DNA from: Methanomicrobiales archaeon
Lineage (GTDB): Archaea; Halobacteriota; Methanomicrobia; Methanomicrobiales; JACTUA01
Length of the DNA stretch: 26,247 nucleotides
NCBI GenBank assembly: GCA_028678555.1
Contig: JAJRDF010000006.1
Coordinates: 1 to 26,247 of the forward strand
Direction of reading: 5' to 3'
This document shows positions 17,501-25,388 of the stretch, piece by piece. The notes beneath the pieces were generated by a model that was not told where the DNA came from, did no database searches, and saw nothing but the letters and a program-made list of their open reading frames with translations. Every line of letters begins with the position of its first letter. Within the stretch, counting starts at the first letter, position 1. The translations under genes and the position numbers were made by a program.

Positions 17501-17773
17501 AACGAGGTCTTCCGGTGGTATCCCTCCACGGACGAGATCCGGTACTCCGGCAAGTCCTACATCCTGGAGGAGATCATGGAAGAGCGCGGCTGGAGCGAGT
17601 CCCGGATGAAGGAGGAGCTGAAACGGCGCCAGGAGCTGCTGGAGTGGATGCGTCTCAAGATGATCCGGCACTACAAGGACGTGTCGAAGATGCTCATCTC
17701 CTACTTCCGGGATCCCGAGGCGGTCATTGAGATCGTGCGCAAGGACCTCTATGCCAAGGGAGAGGCCGCATGA
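14546..17773 (+). CDS. Type II/IV secretion (type IV pilus) ATPase, VirB11/PilB/ArlI family, with ~540-aa low-complexity N-terminal extension
   Basis: IEDISCDG, DATMPDGSRIQMT, FTIRKF, Walker A GGTASGKTT, SLEDTREL, ALRQRPEYLVVGEVRG and MSTGH...TIHA motifs. Confidence 0.95.
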   Translation: MSQMDPKKEELNAMMKRLGLLGMETADEAPAAPAGPVVQVEKPTVVRATAPESAREQEVPVRPGESIPPAAAAPKAKKPSSPPSVGPEDLSPMMDRLKRLDLSTFRQEIEEAPEPAAVPVKSPQAAPQPAPQDDLSLLMKRLEGAVPPKEPAPQAVRATRAEAAPLPQAPPAPAAAVPEDDLSALMKRLGGGLPPKEAGKKTVRATRAETAPQAAPVPPAAAQEDDLSALMTRLEGVTKDTGAEPEVRAAEPRAAPAPARKVPQAPAAPPAARDGDLSTMMDRLKQLDLAIGEEKPEAKAKETQAPPPALEPPTGPGDEYEALVQRLGSFRQEMKAARDARTAETTGKEESAPAPRQRVGGTKAVQGAAVTAGNLDAMARSAGTASAADQEVTQVIDDIFKVHTDTSLAEGKVNVFDSLHDIAESGTGEAAMEETPSKPVQAKRTRWSEMETEEAEEAEDTIVSVDEIKDISDLILPKGATFAIDEVKLHERTAVFDVKGGGIAGKVPSEMIESWHSQLPMGVIKDVVIGGEGAPEQPKGKAGGILGRLNIMKVIRPEIEEYNPKIHGPLVDLNIRAQPTIEEVEIYPVNEPYAYIRIIHDSTSHEYTYQVLEPQLSPAEKELLVEIKQRLFETLEVNTKDITKDSAKKAIRGAVDGILRDYGISLSPAGREKILYNIEKEFLGDGLVDPIMHDKYIEDISCDGINIPIFVYHTSYENTKTNLMYRDEEDLDSFVTKMAQRAGKHISIAEPILDATMPDGSRIQMTLGAEVTAHGSTFTIRKFREEPITPTDLIEWSTFSPLSIAYLWLAVESGKSAIFAGGTASGKTTSLNAISLFIPPMAKIVSLEDTRELKLPHPNWIASVTRDSFDTAGKGQIDMYELLRAALRQRPEYLVVGEVRGKEALTLFQAMSTGHVTYSTIHADSVASVVHRIENAPMDVPRNMLSALNLVAVQTQARIGGQRIRRSKQIIEILDIDPRTNELITNEVFRWYPSTDEIRYSGKSYILEEIMEERGWSESRMKEELKRRQELLEWMRLKMIRHYKDVSKMLISYFRDPEAVIEIVRKDLYAKGEAA
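14810..15412 (+). repeat. In-frame coding tandem repeat, five units of 132-153 nt
   Basis: GAT(GAC)CTCTC...ATG...CGGCT units start at 14810, 14942, 15083, 15218 and 15371, encoding DLS(P/L/A/T)(M/L)M(D/K/T)RL. A VRATRAE sub-repeat is also present. Confidence 0.85.
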
Positions 17774-18693
17774 ACAGTTACGAGCGGTTCTGTTTCAGGA
17801 TCCTGGGAGAGCGGGCCAAGAAGAGAAGGGAGGAGTTCCTCTCGCTCCGCAACAACCTGCTGAGGGGACGGATCAGCACCCCTTTTGAGGCGTACCTGGC
17901 CACGGCGTGGGTCAGTTCATTCCTCGGAGGGTTCCTGGCGGCTGCGATCCTGGGCCTCCTGAGTTTCTGGCTCAGGATCCCCGAGATGATCACCTACAAG
18001 GGGACGCTTCCTGAGTTCATGTACGGCATGTCGGATTACCGGCTGGTGGCAGGCACCATCCTCACCTTCCTCCTGGCCCTCCTCATCATCGGCGGGATCA
18101 TTTACCTGATCTTCATGGTGTACCCCAGCGTGGTGGCCGGGGAACGGCGCCGTAACATTGATGCCACGCTCCCCTACGCCATCAACTACGTCACCGCCAT
18201 GTCCACGGCAGGGATCACGCCGGCAGAGGTCTTCAGCCTCCTGGGAGACAGCCCCATCTACGGGGAGAGCTCGGTGGAGGCACGGTACATCACCCGGGAG
18301 GTCCGCGTCTTCGGTAAGGATCTCATGGACGCCATCCGCGTCGTCTCCACCGTGACCCCCAGTGAACGGATGAAGGAGTTCCTGCAGGGGGCGGTAGCCA
18401 GCATCTCCGCCGGGTCCAACCTCACCGAGTACTTCCGGAACAAGGCCCAGCAGTATACCCTGGAGAACCGGCAGTCCCAGAAGATGTTCCTGGAGACCCT
18501 GGGGCTCATCGCCGAATCCTACGTCACTGCGCTCGTCGCAGGGACGCTGTTCCTCATCATCCTGCAGTCCATCATGTCCATCATCGGCGGCGATACCAAC
18601 CCGTTCCTCCTCTACATCGTCATCTACCTGATCGTGCCCTTCGGGAGCATCATGTTCGTGGTCCTGATCTCCTCCATGACACCGGAGACGTAA
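17770..18693 (+). CDS. Type II secretion system F family (TadC/PilC-like) membrane platform protein
   Basis: ERRRNIDATLPYAINYVTAMSTAG...EARYITREVRVFGKDLMDAI with several TM helices. ATGA overlap with the ATPase. Confidence 0.92.
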   Translation: MNSYERFCFRILGERAKKRREEFLSLRNNLLRGRISTPFEAYLATAWVSSFLGGFLAAAILGLLSFWLRIPEMITYKGTLPEFMYGMSDYRLVAGTILTFLLALLIIGGIIYLIFMVYPSVVAGERRRNIDATLPYAINYVTAMSTAGITPAEVFSLLGDSPIYGESSVEARYITREVRVFGKDLMDAIRVVSTVTPSERMKEFLQGAVASISAGSNLTEYFRNKAQQYTLENRQSQKMFLETLGLIAESYVTALVAGTLFLIILQSIMSIIGGDTNPFLLYIVIYLIVPFGSIMFVVLISSMTPET

Positions 18694-18694
18694 C

Positions 18695-19735
18695 ATGAGC
18701 CTGAGTGAAACCTTCAACAATTTCCTGAACCGCAAGAGCTACAAGCGGGAGAATGTCCCGGAGATGGTGCTCAGCGATTTCGAACGCGATGAGGCCCATA
18801 TCCTGGAGAAGATCTCCTACCAGAAGAAGATCCGGGAAGGCCTGGGCAGGTTCATGAAACACCCGTTCCAGGTCATCCGCGAGAATCCCACCAACGTGCT
18901 GATCCTCTCCATCCCGATGGCAGCCCTGGTCTTCGTGGGCGGGCTCCTCCTCATGTTCATGAACAACAGCCTCCTGACCATCTTCACGGAAACGCTGGTT
19001 GACGACGTGATCTGCCTCGCGGTGCTGGTCGCCATCGTGCCCCTTGCCATCCTGGACTTCATGGAGTCAAAGCGGGTGAACAGCCTGGAGGAGGCCCTCC
19101 CCAACTTCTTCCGGGACGTGGCCGGTATGAACGACAGCGGGATGACACTGCCCAACGCCATCCACAACGTGTCCCAGGGCCATTACGGGGCCCTGACCCC
19201 CTACATCCGGCGGCTGAACTCCGAGATGTCCTGGTCGGTCCCCTTCGTGGAGGCCCTCCTCCGGTTCGGGAAACGGGTGGGGACCCCCCTGGCCCAGCGG
19301 GCGGTGGACCTGATCTCCAAGGCATCCAAGGCGGGGGGCGATGTCTCCGAGGTGCTCAGGGCGGCGGCCAACGACTCCTACGAGTTCTACAATCTGAAAC
19401 AGGAGCGGAGGAACAACATGCTCATCTACATGGTGATCGTGGTCATCTCGTTCCTGGTCTTCCTGTTCGTCATCGCCATCCTCTGTTCCACCTTCCTCAC
19501 CACCATGGCCGAGGCCGGGGCCAAGGCATCCTCGGCAGGCGCCGCGGCAGCCGGGTTCATGGGTGCTGTGGACATCCTCTTTTACAAGCGGATCTTCTCC
19601 CATGCCGCCCTGATCCAGGGATTCTTCTCGGGTCTCGTGGCAGGGCAGATGGGGGAGGGGAGCGCCGTCGCCGGCCTGAAATACTCGGCCATCATGCTCA
19701 CCATCGCCTGGATCACCTTCCGGTTCTTTATCTGA
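18695..19735 (+). CDS. Second type II secretion system F family (TadC/PilC-like) platform protein
   Basis: LEEALPNFFRDVAGMNDSGMTL, GGDVSEVL and HAALIQGFFSGLVAGQMGEG motifs. Confidence 0.92.
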   Translation: MSLSETFNNFLNRKSYKRENVPEMVLSDFERDEAHILEKISYQKKIREGLGRFMKHPFQVIRENPTNVLILSIPMAALVFVGGLLLMFMNNSLLTIFTETLVDDVICLAVLVAIVPLAILDFMESKRVNSLEEALPNFFRDVAGMNDSGMTLPNAIHNVSQGHYGALTPYIRRLNSEMSWSVPFVEALLRFGKRVGTPLAQRAVDLISKASKAGGDVSEVLRAAANDSYEFYNLKQERRNNMLIYMVIVVISFLVFLFVIAILCSTFLTTMAEAGAKASSAGAAAAGFMGAVDILFYKRIFSHAALIQGFFSGLVAGQMGEGSAVAGLKYSAIMLTIAWITFRFFI

Positions 19736-19833
19736 ATCCGGCGGACAGGACGCGGGGGGGGAACCCCGCCACCCCTCGTGTTTTCCCTGCGGGGGCGTGC
19801 AAGATGGGACGGGAAGTGCCCGGGCAGGTCACG

Positions 19834-19860
19834 GGAAGGGGAAAAGAAAGAAGAGGGGTG
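19834..19860 (-). terminator. Pyrimidine tract after sui1, candidate terminator
   Basis: The minus strand reads CACCCCTCTTCTTTCTTTTCCCCTTCC about 25 nt after the sui1 stop, between convergent genes. Confidence 0.4.
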
Positions 19861-19884
19861 ATTTCCGGGAGAGGAGGGAATCTT

Positions 19885-20190
19885 TCAGGAGATGTTATCC
19901 AGCTTGTAGCCCTTCTGGGTCAGCAGTTCCTTGACCCGTTCCAGGTGGTTCCCCTGGAGTTCGATGGAGGAGCCCTTGACGGTGCCGCCGCAGGCGAGCT
20001 TCCCCTTCAGGAATTTGGTCAGTTCATTCAGGTCGATATCAACGGGATCGAGGCCATCGATGATGGTGACTTCCTTCCCATACCGCCGTCTGTTGATCTT
20101 GACAGTGATTCGCTGCTGTTCCTTGGCAACTTCTTCACAGATGCAGAGTTCCTTTGGCAGTCCGCACGTTGGACAGATCCCACCATTCAT
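19885..20190 (-). CDS. sui1: Translation initiation factor SUI1 / aIF-1 (YciH family)
   Basis: [44 protein letters not shown] and IELQGNH motifs; GGAG RBS. Confidence 0.97.
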   Translation of the reverse strand: MNGGICPTCGLPKELCICEEVAKEQQRITVKINRRRYGKEVTIIDGLDPVDIDLNELTKFLKGKLACGGTVKGSSIELQGNHLERVKELLTQKGYKLDNIS

Positions 20191-20211
20191 TACTCCTAGT
20201 GTTCAATGCTC

Positions 20212-20223
20212 TTTATTTATTAA
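20212..20223 (-). promoter_or_regulatory. Candidate TATA for sui1
   Basis: The minus strand reads TTAATAAATAAA about 22-33 nt upstream of ATG 20190. Confidence 0.5.
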
Positions 20224-20227
20224 TTGG

Positions 20228-20347
20228 ATGGTTATCCGTCGGCCATTGCATGGCCACCTGTCTGGCCACAGATATGGTCATCCGTCGGCCATTGCATGAC
20301 CGCCTGTCTGGCCACAGATATGGTCATCCGCCGGCCATTGCATGGCC
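20228..20347. repeat. Tandem repeat, 46-bp unit x 2.6
   Basis: ATGGT(T/C)ATCCG(T/C)CGGCCATTGCATG(G/A)CC(A/G)CCTGTCTGGCCACAGAT starting at 20228, 20274 and 20320 (partial). Confidence 0.92.
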
Positions 20348-20371
20348 TTTCCGTCCGCCCATCGGGCAGAA

Positions 20372-22015
20372 TCACTCATCGACCCTGCAGACATCGCAGC
20401 CGTGGGAGAGGACCTGTTCCGGCTTGCTCCCGTACCGGTACACGGTGATCCCCTTGCATCCCAGGCTCCTCGCAAGGGTATAGATCCGCTGGATGTCGGC
20501 AGAGGTCGCCTCCTCCGGGAGGTTCACCGTCTTTGAGACCGCGTTATCCACGTGCTTCTGCACCTCCGCCTGTATCCGGACATGGAACTCCGGGGAGATC
20601 TCCGGGGCGATCCGGAAGAGTTCCTTCAGGTGATCCGGGATGGGGAGGCCCTGGGCAGACCCCGTCTCCCTTACCCGGGCCAGGAAATCGGTACCGTGGG
20701 GGTTCGCTGAGATGGCCTGGAGGAAGAGGGGGCTTGTCACCACGACCTCCGTCCCCGCCATCTTCCGGGTGTAAGAGAGGGCAAAGTGGGGTTCGATTCC
20801 CGACGAGGTGCCGGCGATCAGGTGGAGGGAGCCCGTCGGTGCAACGGTGGTCACGGTGGCATTGCGCATCGCACCTCTGTACACGGAACGGTCGATGGCA
20901 GGGAACGATCCCTTCTCCTCGCCCAGTTCTCCGGACCTGGCATGACCCTCCTCCTGGATGATCGCCATCACCCTCCCGGCGAACCTGAGGGCTTCCTCTG
21001 ACTCGTAGGGGATCCCCAGGAGGATCAGGGCATCGGCGAGGCCCATCATGCCGAGACCTATCTTCCGGGTGAGCAGCGTCTGTGTTGTGATCTCCGGTAT
21101 CGGGAACCGGTTCACGTCGATCACTCCGTCCAGGAAATCCACGGCCGTCCGGCAGGTCTCCCGGAGAAGCGGCTCGTCCAGGTCATCCTTCCGGATGCAC
21201 GGTGCCAGATTCACCGAGCCCAGGTTGCAGCTTTCGTAGGGGTACAGGGGCTGCTCCCCGCAGGGGTTGGTGGCCTCCAGGGGACCCAGGCCAGGGGTGG
21301 GATTCCGCCGGTTGATCTCGTCGAAGAAGAGCATACCGGGATCGCCGGTCGCCCAGGCTTCCATGGCCACCTGCTCCCAGAGATCCCGCGGGTCCACGGA
21401 TCCCCAGATGCCCCCGTCCCTGGGATTCACAAGGGAGAAAGGCTTCCCCCCATCCAGGGACTGGAAATAGGGCCCGTCAAATCCCACCGAGATGTTGAAA
21501 TTCCGGAGGCCGCCGCCGTGCTTGCTCCGGATGAAAGCCATGATGTCCGGGTGGCTGGCCGCAAGGACGCCCATGTTGGCGCCCCTCCTCCTTCCCCCCT
21601 GCTTCACCGCGTCGGTGGCGCGGTCAAAGACCTGCATGAAGGAGACGGGCCCGCTGGCCACCCCGCCGGTCCCGCTCACCACGTCCCCCTCCGGGCGGAT
21701 ACGGGAGAAGGAGAACCCGGTACCGCCCCCGCTCTTGTGGATCTTGGCCATCTGGGCGAGGGCGGAAAAGATACTGTCAATGGAGTCCAGCACGGGGAGG
21801 ACAAAGCATGCAGAGAGCTGCCCGACCGGGGTCCCCGCGTTCATCAGGGTGGGGGTGTTGGGGAGGAAGAGGAGGTCCTCCATCATCCGGAGGAATGCCT
21901 CCTCCCTCGGGGTGTCCACCGCGTGCGCCACACGGGAGAAGAGCCCGGCCGGGGTCTCACCGGGGAGGAGGTACCGCCGGGCAAGCAGGGTCTCGGCCGT
22001 GGGGGTGAGGTGCAT
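20372..22015 (-). CDS. nrdJ: Class II (adenosylcobalamin-dependent) ribonucleotide reductase, compact, 547 aa
   Basis: [50 protein letters not shown] and a C-terminal CDVC. The start is set at [16 protein letters not shown] (22015). Confidence 0.93.
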   Translation of the reverse strand: MHLTPTAETLLARRYLLPGETPAGLFSRVAHAVDTPREEAFLRMMEDLLFLPNTPTLMNAGTPVGQLSACFVLPVLDSIDSIFSALAQMAKIHKSGGGTGFSFSRIRPEGDVVSGTGGVASGPVSFMQVFDRATDAVKQGGRRRGANMGVLAASHPDIMAFIRSKHGGGLRNFNISVGFDGPYFQSLDGGKPFSLVNPRDGGIWGSVDPRDLWEQVAMEAWATGDPGMLFFDEINRRNPTPGLGPLEATNPCGEQPLYPYESCNLGSVNLAPCIRKDDLDEPLLRETCRTAVDFLDGVIDVNRFPIPEITTQTLLTRKIGLGMMGLADALILLGIPYESEEALRFAGRVMAIIQEEGHARSGELGEEKGSFPAIDRSVYRGAMRNATVTTVAPTGSLHLIAGTSSGIEPHFALSYTRKMAGTEVVVTSPLFLQAISANPHGTDFLARVRETGSAQGLPIPDHLKELFRIAPEISPEFHVRIQAEVQKHVDNAVSKTVNLPEEATSADIQRIYTLARSLGCKGITVYRYGSKPEQVLSHGCDVCRVDE

Positions 22016-22039
22016 ATATGGAGGAATGGTACCCGCCCC

Positions 22040-22049
22040 TTTTATAAAA
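22040..22049. promoter_or_regulatory. Palindromic TATA element between divergent nrdJ and cobQ
   Basis: TTTTATAAAA is a perfect palindrome, 24 nt from the nrdJ ATG and 23 nt from the cobQ ATG. Confidence 0.7.
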
Positions 22050-22072
22050 CCCCTGCCCATATCCGGGTACCG

Positions 22073-23554
22073 ATGTCGGTGATGGTCCTCGGAACGGCAT
22101 CCCACGCAGGGAAGAGTACGGTGGTCGCCGCCCTCTGCAGGGCCCTGTTCCGGAGGGGCATCCCGGTGGCGCCCTTCAAGTCACAGAACATGTCCCTCAA
22201 CTCCTATGTGACGGCGGACGGTGCCGAGATCGGGATCGCCCAGGCGGTCCAGTCCTTTGCCGCGGGCCTCCCGCCGCGGGCCGAGATGAACCCCATCCTC
22301 CTGAAGCCGAAGGGGGAGGGGATCTCGCAGGTCGTTCTCATGGGGAGACCCTACCGGGACGTGCCCATCGCCGAGTACTACCGGGAGTCGGACCGCCTGC
22401 TGGAGGTGGCCCTGGACGCCTACCGGACGCTGGAAGGGGAGTTCGGGAACGTCGTGGTGGAAGGGGCCGGCGGGGCCGCGGAGCTGAACCTCTACGACCG
22501 GGACATCGCGAACGTCCGGCTCGCGAGGGCGCTCCGGCTCCCTATCCTCCTCGTGGGGGACATCGAGCGGGGCGGCATCTTTGCCCAGCTGTACGGCACC
22601 CTCCAGCTGCTCCCCGGGGACCTCCGGCCCCGGGTGAAGGGACTGATCGTGAACAAGTTCCGGGGAGATCCCGCCCTGTTCGAGAACGGGATCACAGAGC
22701 TGGAGCGGATCTGCAGGGTGCCGGTGCTGGGGGTGCTCCCCTACGCCACCATCCCCCTCCCCAGCGAGGATTCCCTTTCCCTTCCGGACAAGAAACCCCT
22801 GGGCGGTGCGGTCCAGGTCGCCATCCTCCGCCTCCCCCACCTCTCCAACTTCACGGATTTCGAGGCACTGGAGCGGAGGGTCCCCGTGGAGTACGTGGTG
22901 CCGGGTGCCCCCCTGGACAGATTTGACTGCATCATCCTGCCCGGCACCAAGAACACGGTGGATGACCTGGAGGTCCTCCGTGACCGGGGAACGCTGGACC
23001 AGGTCCGGAAAGCCCGGGAGCGCGGGATCCCGGTCATTGGCATCTGCGGCGGGTACCAGATGCTGGGGAAGGAGATCATCGACGAGGGAATCGAATCCGG
23101 CCGACCGGGCGTCCACCCGGGCATCGGCCTCCTGGACTGTGTGACTTGGTTCCGCACCTACGGGAAGACCACCGAGCAGGTGCGCCGGACCGCCCGGCCG
23201 GTGGGGCCCATCCTTACCCCGATGGGAACGGTGACAGGCTATGAGATCCACATGGGGACCACGGAGCGGGGTGCGGATACCGAGGCGTTCGATGCTGAGG
23301 GAGCTGTCTCTCCCGACGGTCTCGTCATCGGCACCTACCTGCACGGGCTCTTCCAGAACGAATCGGCCATCCGGGCCCTGGTGGAGTTCCTGTACCGGAG
23401 GAAGGGGCTGGTCCCGCCAGGGGAGCAGGAGGGAGCAGCCGCTGTTCCGGGGAGCACGGGTGATCCCTACGAAGCGCTCGCCGACCTCTTCGAGGCCCAT
23501 ATCGACCTGGAGAAGATCCTGCCCTTCTTCACGGTGAAAACCGGGATGCAGTAA
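22073..23554 (+). CDS. cobQ: Cobyric acid synthase (CobQ/CbiP), 493 aa
   Basis: [67 protein letters not shown] and GTYLHGLF motifs. True start is ATG 22073, inside the track's 21518 ORF. Confidence 0.96.
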   Translation: MSVMVLGTASHAGKSTVVAALCRALFRRGIPVAPFKSQNMSLNSYVTADGAEIGIAQAVQSFAAGLPPRAEMNPILLKPKGEGISQVVLMGRPYRDVPIAEYYRESDRLLEVALDAYRTLEGEFGNVVVEGAGGAAELNLYDRDIANVRLARALRLPILLVGDIERGGIFAQLYGTLQLLPGDLRPRVKGLIVNKFRGDPALFENGITELERICRVPVLGVLPYATIPLPSEDSLSLPDKKPLGGAVQVAILRLPHLSNFTDFEALERRVPVEYVVPGAPLDRFDCIILPGTKNTVDDLEVLRDRGTLDQVRKARERGIPVIGICGGYQMLGKEIIDEGIESGRPGVHPGIGLLDCVTWFRTYGKTTEQVRRTARPVGPILTPMGTVTGYEIHMGTTERGADTEAFDAEGAVSPDGLVIGTYLHGLFQNESAIRALVEFLYRRKGLVPPGEQEGAAAVPGSTGDPYEALADLFEAHIDLEKILPFFTVKTGMQ

Positions 23555-23607
23555 CGGAAGGATGATTCCTTTAGATGAAGCCGGTATTCCGGTTTCGTTG
23601 AGTACCA

Positions 23608-23754
23608 GTGAGACGCTCTCGGGGGCTCACCGCCCCCGCCGCGTGGGCACCCCCCGCCGGTGTGCTGGATCCGGTGATCCCTCTGTTCCCAAGGACCGAC
23701 GTGGCGGGACTATCCTCATCGGGGTGGGGCCGGGAGGGGGCTGGCCCCCTCCCG
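23608..23754 (+). repeat. Dispersed structured intergenic repeat, copy C
   Basis: GTGAGACGCTCTCGGGGGCTCACCGCCCCCGCCGCGTGG (39 nt identical to copy D) ... CTATCCTCAT ... CGGGAGGGGG-ctgg-CCCCCTCCCG. Confidence 0.92.
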
Positions 23755-23825
23755 CACCATATGACACCCTCCCCAGTCTTGCGCGACAATAATCGTCAAC
23801 AAAAAGAGGATTGGAAGGTCAGCGT

Positions 23826-24086
23826 TCAGCTGATGATATTCATGATGGAGCGGAATCCCTCGCTCCCGTCATCGTCGCACTGGACCGCCTCGACCTTTGA
23901 GAGGTCTATCTGCTGCACCACCCTGCTGCGGAGGCAGTAGGCCCGTGCAGGGGAGGTGATCCACTCCCCCTTCACCCGCATCGCCTTCGAATGGGCACAG
24001 AAACGGCAGTAGTCCAGGGTAACCACCACCCCATCCTGGCAGGCGACCTCCCCTTTCTTCACCGGAAGTTCCCTCACCTTACCCAT
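23826..24086 (-). CDS. Small Cys-rich hypothetical protein, 86 aa
   Basis: ATG preceded by GTGAGGA RBS; protein-like composition; 5 Cys including YCRFC; co-directional with the YkgJ-type gene. Confidence 0.7.
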   Translation of the reverse strand: MGKVRELPVKKGEVACQDGVVVTLDYCRFCAHSKAMRVKGEWITSPARAYCLRSRVVQQIDLSKVEAVQCDDDGSEGFRSIMNIIS

Positions 24087-24123
24087 CGGTCCTCACTCCG
24101 GTTCCTGTGCATCGTCCCTCTTC

Positions 24124-24615
24124 TCAGGAATAGATCTCCACACGGTATCCCTCTTTCGAAAGGGTATCCAGGACCCGTTCCCTCCAGCGGCCTTCGTCCC
24201 TGTCTGTCAGGAGGGTGACCCGTTCCTGCCAGCACCTGGCGAGATCTGCGTCTTTCGAGAGCAGCGCCCGGTTGCCGCCCACCGTTCCGATCTCCGTGCC
24301 ATCCCGGGAGAAGATCTTCATGGCATAGCACCGGAAGCTCCGGCAGAAGGGTGGCCGGGTGGCATGGATGGTGCAGACGAATCCATGAGCCTCCGGGTCC
24401 TTCCGGAGGAAGGTACACCACTCCGGATGGGCCGCAGCCGCTCCCTTCTCTTCAAAGAGGGCGCGGAACGCCGGATCCAGGTGGGCGCGGAAGAGCTCCC
24501 CCGTGATCTGGAACCGGCAGAAGAAGTCGCCGGGACCCAGGTTCCGCTCGATGGTCACGTACCTGCCGAAATTCACGCAGCATTTCCCGCACCGGGTACA
24601 CTGGAATTCTGGCAT
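24124..24615 (-). CDS. YkgJ-family cysteine-cluster (putative Fe-S/Zn) protein
   Basis: FQCTRCGKCC...WCTFL...CTIHATRPPFCRSFRC pattern. Confidence 0.85.
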   Translation of the reverse strand: MPEFQCTRCGKCCVNFGRYVTIERNLGPGDFFCRFQITGELFRAHLDPAFRALFEEKGAAAAHPEWCTFLRKDPEAHGFVCTIHATRPPFCRSFRCYAMKIFSRDGTEIGTVGGNRALLSKDADLARCWQERVTLLTDRDEGRWRERVLDTLSKEGYRVEIYS

Positions 24616-24728
24616 AACGGTCCGGGAAGAGGTTCCCCTGCCGCGGATAAAGGAGTATCGGAGACCGGAAAGCCGGAGGGAGATTGTCTCAGGGATTGAA
24701 AACCGCGATCTTCTTCACCTCCCGTTGC

Positions 24729-25340
24729 ATGGTACGGTACTGGATGTTGGTGCCCCGCTGGGCTGTTCTGGCAGGAGTTGCGGTCCTGTACCTCCTGGTC
24801 ATCTGGCGCGTCCTCGCCGGCGGCACTGATCCCTGGTCCGTGACCATCCGGCTCGCAGCCCTCACGGGCCTCCTCACCCTGCAGCTGGCCGCCATGATGT
24901 CCCCCTTCCTCCGTGAGATCCGGAAGGTCCTCGGCGCCCCGTTCCTGGCGGTCCACCACCGCGCAGCCCTGGCAGGCCTCATCCTCATCACCCTCCACCC
25001 GGTATCACTCGCGCTCCGGCTGGGGAGAGCGGACCTGTTCATCCCGGTGACACGATCTCTGGACGCGTTCCTGATGAATGGCGGGAGAGCCGCCCTCATC
25101 CTGGTGTACGCGGGAGTCCTTGCGGCCGTGTTCCAGGGGTGGCTGGGGAAGGGATGGCGCCCCGTTCATGCCCTCCTCTATATCGCCATCCTGCTGGGAA
25201 CCGTGCACGCCAACCTGATGGGATCCGACCTCTCTGATCCGGTCCTCTTCATTATCGTGAACGGGATGACGCTGCTCGTCGTGGCGGCATTCCTCGCGAA
25301 ACGGTGGCAGCGGCATTCTGCAGCCCCAGCAGCCCACTAG
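24729..25340 (+). CDS. Ferric-reductase-like transmembrane (cytochrome b-type) protein, ~203 aa
   Basis: About 6 TM segments, with HH-x12-H (AVHHRAALAGLILITLHP) and W..H-x12-H (GWRPVHALLYIAILLGTVHA) heme-ligand spacing. The start is uncertain. Confidence 0.75.
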   Translation: MVRYWMLVPRWAVLAGVAVLYLLVIWRVLAGGTDPWSVTIRLAALTGLLTLQLAAMMSPFLREIRKVLGAPFLAVHHRAALAGLILITLHPVSLALRLGRADLFIPVTRSLDAFLMNGGRAALILVYAGVLAAVFQGWLGKGWRPVHALLYIAILLGTVHANLMGSDLSDPVLFIIVNGMTLLVVAAFLAKRWQRHSAAPAAH

Positions 25341-25388
25341 GCATTCTGCGAGATTACCATCACCGTGTAGTATCACGCGTGATTTCTG

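Noticed and set aside
14546-19735. Archaellum motor (arlI/arlJ)
   Set aside because: There are two separate TadC-like genes rather than one ArlJ, and no arlB/arlF/arlG/arlH or che genes nearby. A type IV pilus system fits better.
19750-19782. GCGGGG...CCCCGC hairpin as another copy of the dispersed repeat or an ncRNA
   Set aside because: It lacks the CGGGAGGGGG stem, the GAGGAT block and the GAGACG end. A short GC stem is expected by chance or as a terminator between convergent genes.
20228-20347. CRISPR array
   Set aside because: The units are contiguous with no unique spacers, and there are no cas genes.
21518-22072. 185-aa N-terminal extension of cobQ in the track
   Set aside because: It overlaps nrdJ on the opposite strand. 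CobQ motifs begin at ATG 22073, 23 nt after a TATA box.
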